Positions 1 to 11,561 of a DNA stretch of 64,000 bases are shown piece after piece. The notes under the pieces are model-generated. The model saw only the letters and a program-made list of their open reading frames with translations. It had not been told where the DNA came from and made no database searches. The stretch is from Octopus bimaculoides (Eukaryota): contig NC_068998.1 of assembly GCF_001194135.2 (NCBI RefSeq), forward strand, positions 53,713,757 to 53,777,756, in the 5' to 3' direction. The position numbers and the translations under genes are program-made. Position 1 is the first letter of the stretch. The number at the start of each line of letters is the position of its first letter.

Positions 1-145
1 TATATATATATATATATATATGATGAATGAATGAATGAAAGGATCTATTTATCTCTCTATCCCTATATATACGTGTACCTATGTATTTATGTAAGTATAT
101 ATGTATGTGAATATGAATGAATGTTATCATTTTCGATGTCATATA

Positions 146-181
146 CATAGTGTGTTTGTGTGTGTGTGTATGTGTGTGTGT

Positions 182-236
<55 letters not shown>
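146..236. repeat. (TG)n microsatellite
   Basis: Near-perfect TG dinucleotide run; explains the VCVC ORF 101..358. Confidence 0.95.
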
Positions 237-238
<2 letters not shown>

Positions 239-362
239 CTTTGGTTATTCGTCATTTTTCGCTGCGACGTAACTTTCTATGGTGGTGGTGTTAGCAGTAA
301 TGGCGGTGGTCGTCGTGGTTGTAGTAGTATTAGTAGTACAGTATTAAAAACATACTGAATAC

Positions 363-486
363 CTCCGACCACGTGAAAAAACTCGTCTCGGTTGAACGGA
401 AGCCGTGAATAGCAATTTTTTTTTCTGTCTTCCAGCCCATCATCCCCGTACTCTCGACTCATCGCCGAACGATCCGAATCGCTTAT
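363..486 (-). CDS. Candidate internal coding exon of an unidentified minus-strand gene
   Basis: CpG-rich 124-nt island in an AT-rich background. On the minus strand it is bounded by tgtctcag| (acceptor) and GAG|gtattc (donor) and is open as ISDSDRSAMSREYGDDGLEDRKKNCYSRLPFNRDEFFHVVG. No family recognised. Confidence 0.35.
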
Positions 487-619
487 CTGAGACATATACA
501 CAAATAATGCAAAGTCTATTTTCTTATGTGTTATGGTGCAACACATGTAAAGCAAAATTAAATTTTGAATTAAAAGCAGTTCATTAGAATAATTAGCGTT
601 GTGTTCTTCACCTATTCTG

Positions 620-3605
620 TTATCGTGCAGATGCAGATGTATCTCTTGGGAAATGTCAGTCCATAGACATTAGTTACGTGAGGTTTGTGAAAGTGACCTG
701 GCTATGAAAATAGCTTTAAGAGAGAAACATATTTGCTCTGCAGAGTATATGGCATAAACTTAATATAAATCTGACTATTAAACTGATCGGAATTGCCAAA
801 AGTTCCGGAGATTGTCATAATGATATGAAACTTAGATTTAATAGCTCTGGATTGGTCTATTAGTCTTTGATTAACTTTTATGCGGATACATCTTTAATAT
901 ATCCCTTGATAATTATTCCCGTATACTAAATAAATCTGAAACAAGAGAAAGATGTAACTTTAGCTTGATCGAGAAGTTTATCTAATGTTATCTCCGTTTC
1001 TTAATGTTATATCGATCTGATGGTCATTTGCCTGCCTAAACTATCAGGACCAGCAAATATTTAGCAGTTTCCTTGTGGCTGGTCAATGGACGCGTATTTA
1101 GATTGCTAGAGATTATCTTTCAAGTATTATGATGACGGCTGAATACCTGCGACTATTTCTGGCAGTTATAGGTTGCTGTATTTATCTTCACGGCAAATTT
1201 AGAAGCGGTGATGAACGAACTTTGGCGACTGGGTAACACGAGCATGAATAATAGAAAATATATTAAATGTGTCCATGTATGACAATGGTGTTTATTTACC
1301 AGATATACTGCTTCTGAAACTCATTTTCTGCCAAATGTATACAACAAAGAACTTGATAGAGATTCCATCAGTTTTTTCATCTCTCGAAACCCTACGAAAT
1401 ATATGCACACGTTTGTAGCTCGTTGCCATGATCAAGCAGTGAGAGGACCTGATGCATGAACATACTCTGACAATTATATAAGTAATGTGTTTGGATATCA
1501 GAGCTATTTCGATTGCCGTTATGCCAGTCAGGCACACAGGAGAATGTTCGAATGCTCTGAGTGATGTTTCTAGCAATTTAATTGAATTCCATTCAGATTG
1601 ATATGATTACAAACAAACATAGCTTTCTCCCGATTATCTCAGTATGACGCATATATAAATATAAGATGACATTTCATTTTGTCTAAACTGGGAATTAAAC
1701 TCTCACGCATAAATCATAATATATATAACGGTATCCTTTAATTCATTTAACTTATTGCAATAGGTCAGTCTACACTTCTAGTAAAATTGATTTTCTTTTA
1801 AAGCTTAAAATACATAAAGCTTGCATAGCCTCCTTGAGACAATATACGTCGACCATCGCTGGAATCATAAGCAGTAATCTTCAATAACATGCTTCTCAGT
1901 TATCACTTTGATCTACATTCAATTTGCTGGTCTGTAGATAAATGGGAATCATGTTAAAAGCTTTCAGCATTTGTCAGGCTGGAGAAAGAATCATGCGAGA
2001 AACACTGTGAGTGTATTTCATTAGTGGTTCATTTTAGTCAAATAGTATAACAATCATGTCATAGAAGCGTTCTGGTTTCTGTTTTCATTGACGAAAATAG
2101 CCATTTGATTTATTGAAAAGTATTGGCCTGTTGAAATGTTGATAGAAGTAAAATAGATTTTGTATGAAGTGATTTTATTCGAAGCATTACAATTGCCTTT
2201 GTCATTTCAGGCCAATGGACACTGTTAAGGAAGTATTATATGAAATTTGTAAAGCATCTTAGGTACAAACTGATTTTATGAATCTCATTTCCTTGTCTGC
2301 TTTAAATGCAATCATGTGAATTAGCGTCAGAATTGTTACTGCAGAGCTAGACGAAACAAGAGAGGAGAGAGACGAACTGCCTTAACATGGGTATAAAACC
2401 GTTTATAAACTCTTAATGGTATATATATATATAAATATATTGGAGTGCAGAAACAATGTCTTACAAATAAATACTCTTGAAACTAATCCAAACTTGAATA
2501 TAGATCTATGTTGTGAGGGGAATGACAAAAGGAGATTCTTAATGTTTATTGATAACACGATACGAAATCGGCGCCGAAGCGTTGTGAAGCAGAACATCAA
2601 TATCAGAATCTTAGAGAGTTTTACTGTCGATGAAAATTCGTGTTAGGTGTATTTTAGTTCTTCAAATCACATCATTCTTTCATTTGTGTAACCTCTCGCT
2701 CCTCATCCCTTCATTTCAATTTCTTTTTTCTTTTTTTTGCAATTACGAATTCAAATTAGTACGAGGTTTATTATTTCACGAGGTGTTTTCTTTTACTTCA
2801 GATATATTAGGACTCATTAATTTTACATCAATTCATTCACCAAATGTCACGGAGTAGAAAATCAAAAGCCATCTTTACAAATCTGCCCACGCGGTTTCGA
2901 GTTTGGTCCCCAATTCCGTTAATATCACCTAACACTTAATTTTGAATAGTTATATCGTTATTGCAAGGGCAGTCAACATGTGAAAGACCCTTGTGTAATT
3001 TGATATTTGGCGTTTTTTAAAGGCTCTCTATCACCATTTTGAGGTATCATTTTCCAATTCTTCCATCACTGTAGAATGATTTATTTCCTTATTTCCATTT
3101 ACGATATTTTTTGGTTCGAGATTTGTTTTAGTATTTATTTCCTTGCTGTGTGTCAACCTCGGTGAAAAATATCTTCCTTATATTATTCCTCCACAAATTT
3201 TTCATATCAACTCATTTTACTGCATGTAAATGTTAAGTTAAGCATGATATTAAAGTGGCCTATTCTACAATATTATATCATCCGTGTTTATCAAATGATA
3301 AATGTATCATTTTCAAAATATTAAATATTGTCTTTATTAAATGTAAGGATTTAATCAGTTTTCCTAAAAGCTAAGAGGGAATCAGTTTTCGTTTCAGTGA
3401 AAGAATTCAATGTTAAGCGGGAATGATAAAAGCGCCAGGTTTTACAGAAATTTGTCTTTTGCATCTCCCAATCGACTGTGAAAGTTTAGCTATATACAAT
3501 ATATTAATGAATCCTTTGTTATATTGTTTTTTCGCTGTTGTTTTCTGTGAGATATTTTTTGTCATTTCGATGTTGATCATTGTTTCTGTAAATTCTACTG
3601 GCTAG
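620..3605 (+). pseudogene. Decayed LGR-type (LRR ectodomain + 7TM class A GPCR) pseudogene
   Basis: Motifs occur in the expected order: LRR-like NLIEIPSVFSSLETLRNIC (1350-1406) and DVSSNLI (~1563); YNCLCHF (2188-2208); hinge-like DLCC...DENSC (2503-2643). One frame (2630-3227) then holds TM1-like RCILVLQITSFFHLCNL, TM2-like SDILGL, ECL1/TM3-like E*KIKSHLYKSAHAVSSLVPNSV...NSYIVIA and TM5-like FTIFFGSRFVLVFISLL. After one frameshift come HDIKVA (3243-3260) and TM7 NILMNPLLYCFF (NPxxY at 3510-3524). The TM1-TM7 span of about 290 codons fits a 7TM domain. Multiple stops. Confidence 0.5.
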
Positions 3606-4289
3606 AGAGTAGTGAGATGTTTTGTATTTTAGACACAGATTATATATTTATATTTTAAACTTTAGCTGATCTCTAAAATCACCTCATGTAAAATATTTAT
3701 ACGAAAGCTGTGAAGTTTTGCCATCCTTTGGGCTCCATTGTATTTTCCTGCTTTCCCCCCTCCTCGAATGTTATATTTATTGAAGTTCGAAGAACCACAT
3801 TATTCACTCTCGCTTTTGTTTTATGGATGACCTGAATCATTAACCGAATTTATATGTTCTGACAAAAAAATCTTTCCTAGCAAATGTTCAAGTATTTCTT
3901 TTCTTCATTATTTTTTTATTTACTTTTATTCAGTTTTATTTGATTCTATCATGTTACACAATTCTGGATTACATTCGCCAAAAATCTTTTCTCTGTAAAC
4001 ATTCATTATTTTCACAAACCTTATTGTTTAAATTGCAACTAAATCTTATATATTTCTCTAATTTTATTTTGTCTCAAATCATATTCGTCCTTGATTATTT
4101 TTGCCTCATACGACATTTTTATTGACAGATGTCTAAAAGTTCGTATATCTCGTCATTTCATTATCTAACCATATTTGGCATTTTGTATTCACGTAATTCT
4201 TTTTCTTCAGCGTAGTCATTTATATTTATTGTAAATCAAGAGTATTCATTTTGTTTTTACTGTGGTTGTTCTTGATGCTATTGTATATT

Positions 4290-4545
4290 TACACACACAC
4301 ACACATACACACACGCACAAACACATATTTATATGTATATGTGTATTTGTAAATGTATTATGCAAATATGTATGCATATCTGTAGGTTTGTGTCCGTAGG
4401 TGTGCGTGTCTGTGTGCTTGTGTGTGTGTCCGTAGGTGTGTGTGTGTTCGTAGGTGTGTGCGTGTGTCTGTGTCCGTGTGTGTGTGTGCCTGTGTCCATG
4501 TGTGTGTGCGTGCGCCTGTGTCCGTGTGTGTCCGTATGTGCTTGT
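4290..4545. repeat. (CA)n/(TG)n compound microsatellite with TGTGTCCGTAGG-type variant units
   Basis: Direct reading; source of ORFs 4246..4614, 4333..4734 and 4454..4663. Confidence 0.9.
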
Positions 4546-5410
4546 AGCCAAATTCCTTTTTACCAAGTTTGGAGATTTATTGGCATCAGTGTTAATGTCA
4601 TCTTGCCTCTTCACATCTCACATCTTCCGATTCAAATTACCAAACAGTGTGTGGAAGTTATAAATACAGAACAATATCAACTTTTAAACCTAAGAATTTT
4701 CAAACTGAAAATGAAGTTTAAAAAAATTATCTGACTAAAAAAACACATCTTTCATCAAATGAGAAAATTAATGTCCGGAAATGAATTCTTGATGAATTGT
4801 ATTGAATAACCATAAATACGATGCCTTCAATCAACTTTTAAAAAAAATGTAAGCAAACTCTGTGGCTGATTTGAAAGTGTCGTCTGCCTACTTGGAAATT
4901 TTAATATCTGTATTATCGAGATGCTTCAACGCTGACCGAGTTACATTTTTTACAAGAGTTTCTAGAAATCGTTAAATGTTTTATTTCTTGTATTTTTATT
5001 TGCTTTTGTTTGGAATATTTGCAACAGAAATTATTCCGCTCAAAGTATCCAAGGATCGGTTAATTGTGCTAGAGCGATCGTCATAAAAGACTTGAAACAT
5101 ACAAATGGAGATGAAAGGAAAGTGATGGAATTGGTGACAAAAGAGAGATAGAGAGTGGAAAGAAGGAAGGGAGAGAGAGGGGGGGTTACCGAAATAGAGA
5201 GGAGAACTAGAAGAACAATGGAAGTATTAGGAGAGGAAAAAATAGAGAACAGAATAATATATATGAATGAATAAGCCAGTCAGTGTACAAAATCATGTTG
5301 GAGACGAAGCAGAACAAAAACGAAAGACAGAGATGTGAAAATATATGTTCTTTACCTATTATTAGACATATGCATACATCTCCATCCATACATTATCAAT
5401 TACCAGCAAC

Positions 5411-6643
5411 ATGTTACGAGTGATAACAGGAAAACGGCGACTGAAGGGGGTTTTTTCTGTCTCAATATTTATGATTTATTTGGCAAATGGTAAGGACATC
5501 AAAAGCCAGCCGTTGACCGATATTCGACACATTTTACTAAAAGAAAACCGTGTTTTCCCCATATTTGATATTGTTTCTTCACTCTTAACAACGCTTCTCT
5601 CCACTTAACAGCAAGAGGTCCCAACAAACTAGGGAGCGGTTCACAGCTCTGTAAAAACGACGCTTGATGTATCAACTGTCACATTCACAATATATATTCC
5701 CAAGCCGCCTTGTGCGCTGAAGGGGCATTAAATATTACAAATATATATTTAATAATTCTAATTAAATTGAACTTATAAGAAACGATTGCCTTATATATAC
5801 TTTTCACATAGGAATGAATGACATCGTATAGGCTTCATTGGGGTCCAAATAATATATCATATAACCAATTGATATGTCTGAAGACGAACAAATTCTCGGT
5901 TGTAGTGTAAATCGTATCAAACAGGTGTACAGCCTCTTTTAACCGTACTTTGCTTAAATTTTTATACATAACCATAATGTTATATAAAAGGAAGTTCCGG
6001 ATGGATAGAACTTCCTAGTTGTTTAGAGTGTATAACATATTGAACTTCCACACGTTGTCATAATCATCAGTAAAATAAAAGTTTGGATCAGCAAGCGGAG
6101 TGGTTCTCAGGAGTATAAACTTACAGAAACCCTCGTTGGTGTTACAGCAATTGTAACCTCTCCACAAAGTGGTGCGGAATTATAGCTTGAGTGATGACTG
6201 ACGCTGTGAAAATGCTTTATGATTGCAGTGTATTTTCTGTAGAACCACAAAATATTTTATATTTATCAATATTTGATTTTTGAGAGATACCTTTGTGAAC
6301 TTTGTTCCTTAAATGGTAAATCGACTTAAAATTTTGTTTCTATAATAAATCTTTAACATCTATAATATAATTGTATTGCATCAGCTCACCATCTTCAGAA
6401 GTTTTCATTTGCAAATTTCCCCAAAATTTCCTTTATTTATGCTTTGTTTTTATTGTTGCAGGTACTTTTTATTTTGTTTTTCTTGTTAATCATTACATTG
6501 TTTGTGTTATTTACTTTGTTGCTCTCGCACGTGCTTCGCTTATCTTATGGTTTCCATTCTCAAAGGTTTCAGGTTTCTTTTTGGGGTTTTGTTTCTTTAT
6601 TGTGTTACTGTTATGCATTCTTTATTTCAAAATTCTTATATAG
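5411..6643 (+). pseudogene. Possible decayed LRR receptor (LRRs, LRRCT-like cap, hydrophobic TM-like segment)
   Basis: LTDIRHILLKENRVFPI (~5513-5563), TLDVS (~5664), NPRWCYSNCNLSTKW (6128-6172, resembles LRRCT NPxxCxCxL), then hydrophobic ORF 6371..6643. Frames are broken, and T-rich sequence can mimic TM segments. Confidence 0.3.
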
Positions 6644-7119
6644 ATTTCACCTATTTCATATATTTGCGTTCGTGTTTTCTTAACTAAGCTAATCTATTGG
6701 GATTAAACTTTACATTCAGATTATTTTCATTTTCGTTTCCAGGTGGAAAAGCGGGAAAATCATGAGAATCTGCGCAAAACCCGGCAACTAATGTAAAAAT
6801 CCAGCAATTACTCTAAAACGCGTTGCAGAATCCTATGCTAAAATGTCCCTTGGTTCCGTTCTCATAATTGTTTCGCTAATCCAGTAACAATACAAAGTAT
6901 GTAGCCCTTAAAACGGTTTTCATGCATTTACAGAGAATACCGAACTATATCGCATGTGTTAGAATCTATCGTATTTTCTTCTTGTGTCCGACGTGTTTGA
7001 CAGACATGAAACATAGACTTTTCCCATTGTTTTTGATTGTACTGACTCAAACTTTTGCAATATTGTGGTAACTTTTTTGCTTATTTGTAGTTACAACAAA
7101 GTCAGCCTTAGTAGCCAGC

Positions 7120-7290
7120 CTAGAGCGCATTGTGTTCCGCTTCAAACCACTTCTTTCTCAGTTGTTTGAATCCACGCTGATACCAGTTGTTGTCTCTCGA
7201 GGCAGAGAACTCCTGCAATGAAGCTTCCATCTCGCAGAAAGAGAACCATAGATCAGAACAAGAGGATTATATATGGAGACCCTTCCTCTC
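7120..7290 (-). mobile_element. Mariner transposase C-terminal fragment
   Basis: Minus strand reads LLF*SMVLFLRDG / EASLQEFSASRDNNWYQRGFKQLRKKWFEA, matching the mariner C-terminal pattern (FFASK..FY..GI..L.ERW). Nucleotide similarity to 62295-62390. Confidence 0.65.
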
Positions 7291-8939
7291 ACAACAAGAA
7301 GGGATACTGGAATTTCAACTACATAAGATCTTATTGTGCGAGCGAAAATATTCCTCCAGTGTTTGCAGTCATTTTCAGGAATAAATTTGGCAGCTCCTTA
7401 TAACAGTCGTTTAAGTCGTTCTAAATAGTTATTTGGTAATTTATTCTCTGCTGCTATTTGAGCTCAGAACACGAAGAGACGTACGTTAATAAAGAAAAAT
7501 AATTGTCTTGATAAAAACAAACTTTTCTGCATTAATACAATGCATAAGTGTGCTTCTATTGTTTCTTTGAACTTTGCTCATTGTTTTCTTCTGAAGGCCT
7601 CACCTGTTTTTTTTTGTTTTTTTTTTTCGCGCATTACGTCACATTTTACAAATTATCTCTTAATATCAAACATCGCATGTATTTCTCTATTTCTCTCTCT
7701 TATAACAATACAATTCCAAACCACATGACTCTTTTAACAGTTTACAAGTAAAAAGAATTTTTTTTATCGAATAAACTAAATAATGTAATTATATTAAAAA
7801 AAAAAGAAGACTGCAAAAATAAAGGTAAATGATATCATTCGAATATTTGTTTTCGCACAACTTTAATACATTTACTACTACAATGAGAGAAAGAACAGCG
7901 CAGAACAAACAGTTCGAATTTACTTCAGCATCACAGAACACTTGGAGTTGTATAAGAAATTAGAAGAAAGAATATTCCAAACGAAGATGATTGAAATATC
8001 CCTGATGTTTTATGACACAGCTTTGCTAAGATTTTATGTAAAGTTTAATATTTTCAGACAGCTATAGATGACCAAAAAGTATTAAAATAGCAGAATGCAC
8101 AAGCAAACGATGAGTCAGCTGTTCTAATTATGTCAATGGTTCTTTTTAGTTATGTTGTTGTTGTTCCCTCACAGCCCAGCCATGAGAGAACACACATGAA
8201 TACGTTTTATATTGCTAATCCTATTGTTCTAGATATATTTTTAAGATACACGAAACTAGGTCTACATTGTTCAGACATGGCCTTCATTTTTCAACTTGGA
8301 TTTGATAGATTTTGCTACAAATTTTGGGGAATAAACGAGGGAGGACTAAAGAGAGGCCACTATTTATATTGCTTGAAATTTCTGCTGAAGGCTAGCAATT
8401 GAGAGGCAAGTTCATTCATCGTTCTCAGTCTGCAAGTGATGCTTATTGGATTAAAGGATGAAAGGCAAGCTCGGTGTAGCCGGATTGTAAACTCAGACTG
8501 TAAAGAACTGAATGAAATACAGCTAAGGACTTTGCCAGCGTGACGAATTTGAGATCCAACAAACAAGTATTAATCGAGCCTTTTCCAGTACCAACAGTAT
8601 AATAGAAACTTTTACACATCTCCTTTTCGTTTAGAAGATTTCTTATCGAAAAATTCAAAGAAGTGGCGTCAGTTTTTCAAGAGAGGTTTACTTCATTTGT
8701 ATGTGAGTAAAAAATAATTGCTTCTTGGCAAACGAATATTTGTTGTTTGTGGCCTGAAGTGATAATAACTATGGCTTAAAGAAGAAAATAGTCTGCCAAT
8801 TCGGAACAATACTATTTCCAGAAACGTTTTATTAGATAATACTTATATTTTCAATGAATTTTATGTTTGCTTATGTGTGTCAATAAAGCATTATGCCATT
8901 TTTTTGGCGTTGTGAACATTGAATATCTAGGTTACGCAC

Positions 8940-8993
8940 ACGTACATGTAAATGTATGCATGTGTATGCCTGTATGTGTGCATATTTATATAC

Positions 8994-9071
<78 letters not shown>

Positions 9072-9440
9072 GGTATGTGTGTATATATTTATATATATAC
9101 ATATTTATGCGTATATAAATATATATTGTATATATGTACTTACATATGTATAAGTACATATGTGTACGTATATATGTGAGTGTGTGTTTAGTGTATGTGC
9201 GTGTATGTATATGTATATATATATATATATTTCTCGTGTGTGCGTGCATAGAATACCTTACCACTAAATAAATCGATTAATTCTTGCAATATCTTCCTGC
9301 GAGTGTTCAAAGTCAGCTGAAATATGTCAAGTAAGAAAAATATGCGTATGTGTGTGCGTATGTTCTTGTACATCCGTGTGTATATGTATATAGATATGTG
9401 TGTGTGTGTGCGTATGTATATTTTTGTTTATATGCGTAAG
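8940..9440. repeat. Compound (TA)n/(TG)n/(TATG)n microsatellite block
   Basis: Direct reading. Confidence 0.9.
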
Positions 9441-9569
9441 TTGTAGCCCTTCTTTGAAACACGCTGTATTAAAATCATAACTTTTTGTTTGTTATATATT
9501 GAGGCCTTCTATTATATTCCATATAAAATATTTGTTTCGTTCGGAACAATGGCTTTCCTAAATATGTGA

Positions 9570-9800
9570 CTCCATTAAAATTACAGCATCTCGAAGATGG
9601 TGATGTGTTGTTTGAGGAATTTAGAGTAGAACGCAAAGAAACATTAATATTCTACTATAACAGAAAACATCAACCACCGCATTAACCACATTTACAAGAG
9701 TTGAATCTTGGTAGATTTCGGGATATATTTTCCATGCGATGTGTTTATAAATCGATTTGGGTTTGTAATTTGCTACAGGTAAAACGCCTATGATATTATT
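9570..9800 (+). pseudogene. Possible LRR remnant
   Basis: One frame reads KETLIFYYNRKHQPPH*PHLQELNLG, resembling LxxLxLxxN twice. Short and unconfirmed. Confidence 0.2.
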
Positions 9801-10129
9801 CTGCTTGTTCAGGCATACCATTTGCTTTGCCCATGTGTTACACCAAGGGAGGTAATAACTCGAAGGGATAACGACGTCTACATGGTGAAAGAGAAGGGGG
9901 AGAGGCGGAGACAAAGAGAGAAACAGAAATAATGGGATCAGTGGAAAGAGGAGAAAACATGAGATAAATGGAGAGAGAGACAGAGAAAGAGAAATATGAA
10001 GGAATCTATATTATTCTGCATTTATGAATTCAAATTTCAGGAACAATGGAAACATTTGGCACAATAGAACAATGTCATCATGATACATACATTTATGAAT
10101 TAAAATGTATAAATGTGTGGTAACAAGCT

Positions 10130-10820
10130 TGTATGTATGTATGTATGTATGTATGTATGTATGTATGTATGTATGTATGTATGTATGTATGTGTATAGCC
10201 ATTCGAAAATAGGGGTAGTTTATCCTGTTCAGGCTATATTATTAGCATTATTCTGCGATTGAGAATTTAAAATCACTTCATTAACTTTCTAAAAGACATC
10301 TCAACGCTTCTCAAAGCAAACTTCGTTTGTTTATTTAGGTTTGTCGTAATTTGTATTTAATATATTATTATGTTTTATGTGTTCAAGGCATGATATATAA
10401 ATCTGCCGATTTTATTGTGCTTCCACGGCATGAAACTATGAGTAGTTCATCTCTATATATTGTGAATATTAAATGATATTTATTTCTCATTTTTTTACGC
10501 TATGTATAACGGAACATTAAAGTATATATGTATATATTTAAGTATTCATGTATGTATGCACGCATGTATGCATATATGTATGTGTAGTGTATATATGTAC
10601 GTCTCCGTCCGCATATACATTTGTATATATCCATGCATTCCTCTTAAAGAATGTATAAAGTAGATGTGTATGCCTGTGTGTTTATCACTACACATGTGTG
10701 TGTTTGTGTGCATGTGTATGTATTTGTATGTATGTATTTGTATGCATGTATGTATGTAAGTATGCATGTATCAAAGTTGTATGTACGTATGTATGTATGT
10801 ATGTATGTATGTAAACGCAC
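10130..10820. repeat. (TATG)n and degenerate TG/TATG microsatellites (10130-10195, 10520-10820)
   Basis: Direct reading. Confidence 0.85.
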
Positions 10821-11286
10821 ACGTGATGCTGGTAAAAGAGGCGTTAACGTGTGTGTTTTCACACATTCACCAAGCGTTGACTGTTAGCCAATAAAACATT
10901 CCAATTTTCACATTTTTAAAGGTTTTTCGTAAAATACTTTTTCATTAATCTTTCCTATTTCTCGTAATTTCTTTTATTTGATCAATCCAGAGGAAACAAA
11001 CTGTGCAAGTCTTTATTGTAAGAAGCTAGCTGTGAGCCATAAATGTCTAGCAACGTATATGCAAAACCATTTACACCAAGGGTAGACAAGCTCTGAACTA
11101 TTTACTTAACTTCTACTAAATAACATGTTTATTTACATGGAAAAAAAAATCAATAAAGCATTCATTCTGTCTCCTTCTTGTGAGAGACATTATTTTGGAA
11201 AATGCTATTTCGTCTCTGTAATATATATTAATGTAATAGTGATAGAAGCATGTTCGCGGGTTTCTGTATGGTAATATGTAAGTTTA

Positions 11287-11318
<32 letters not shown>

Positions 11319-11526
11319 ACTGAGTGTGTGTATGTGCGCATGCGGAGGCTTGTATGTATGTGTATTTTTGTCACACTTTCGCACTTTCGCTTTCTCTCTT
11401 TCTATGTATATGCATATAATATANNNNNNNNNNNNNNNNNNNNNNNNNNNNNNNNNNNNNNNNNNNNNNNNNNNNNNNNNNNNNNNNTATATATACATGT
11501 TATATGCATGTATGTATCTTTTATAA

Positions 11527-11561
<35 letters not shown>

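Noticed and set aside
2416-2750. TIR-domain reading (ENS..RCILVL) of ORFs 2416..2646 and 2630..2857
   Set aside because: The downstream in-frame TM3/TM5-like segments and NPLLY fit a 7TM receptor better.
7218-7403. AP-endonuclease-like IIYGDPSSH motif on the plus strand
   Set aside because: The minus strand matches a mariner C-terminus that recurs elsewhere in the window, which explains the sequence better.
7900-8700. Possible minus-strand LRR/TM remnant (NNRISNI...)
   Set aside because: Only one LRR-like word and many stops; not distinguishable from AT-rich background.
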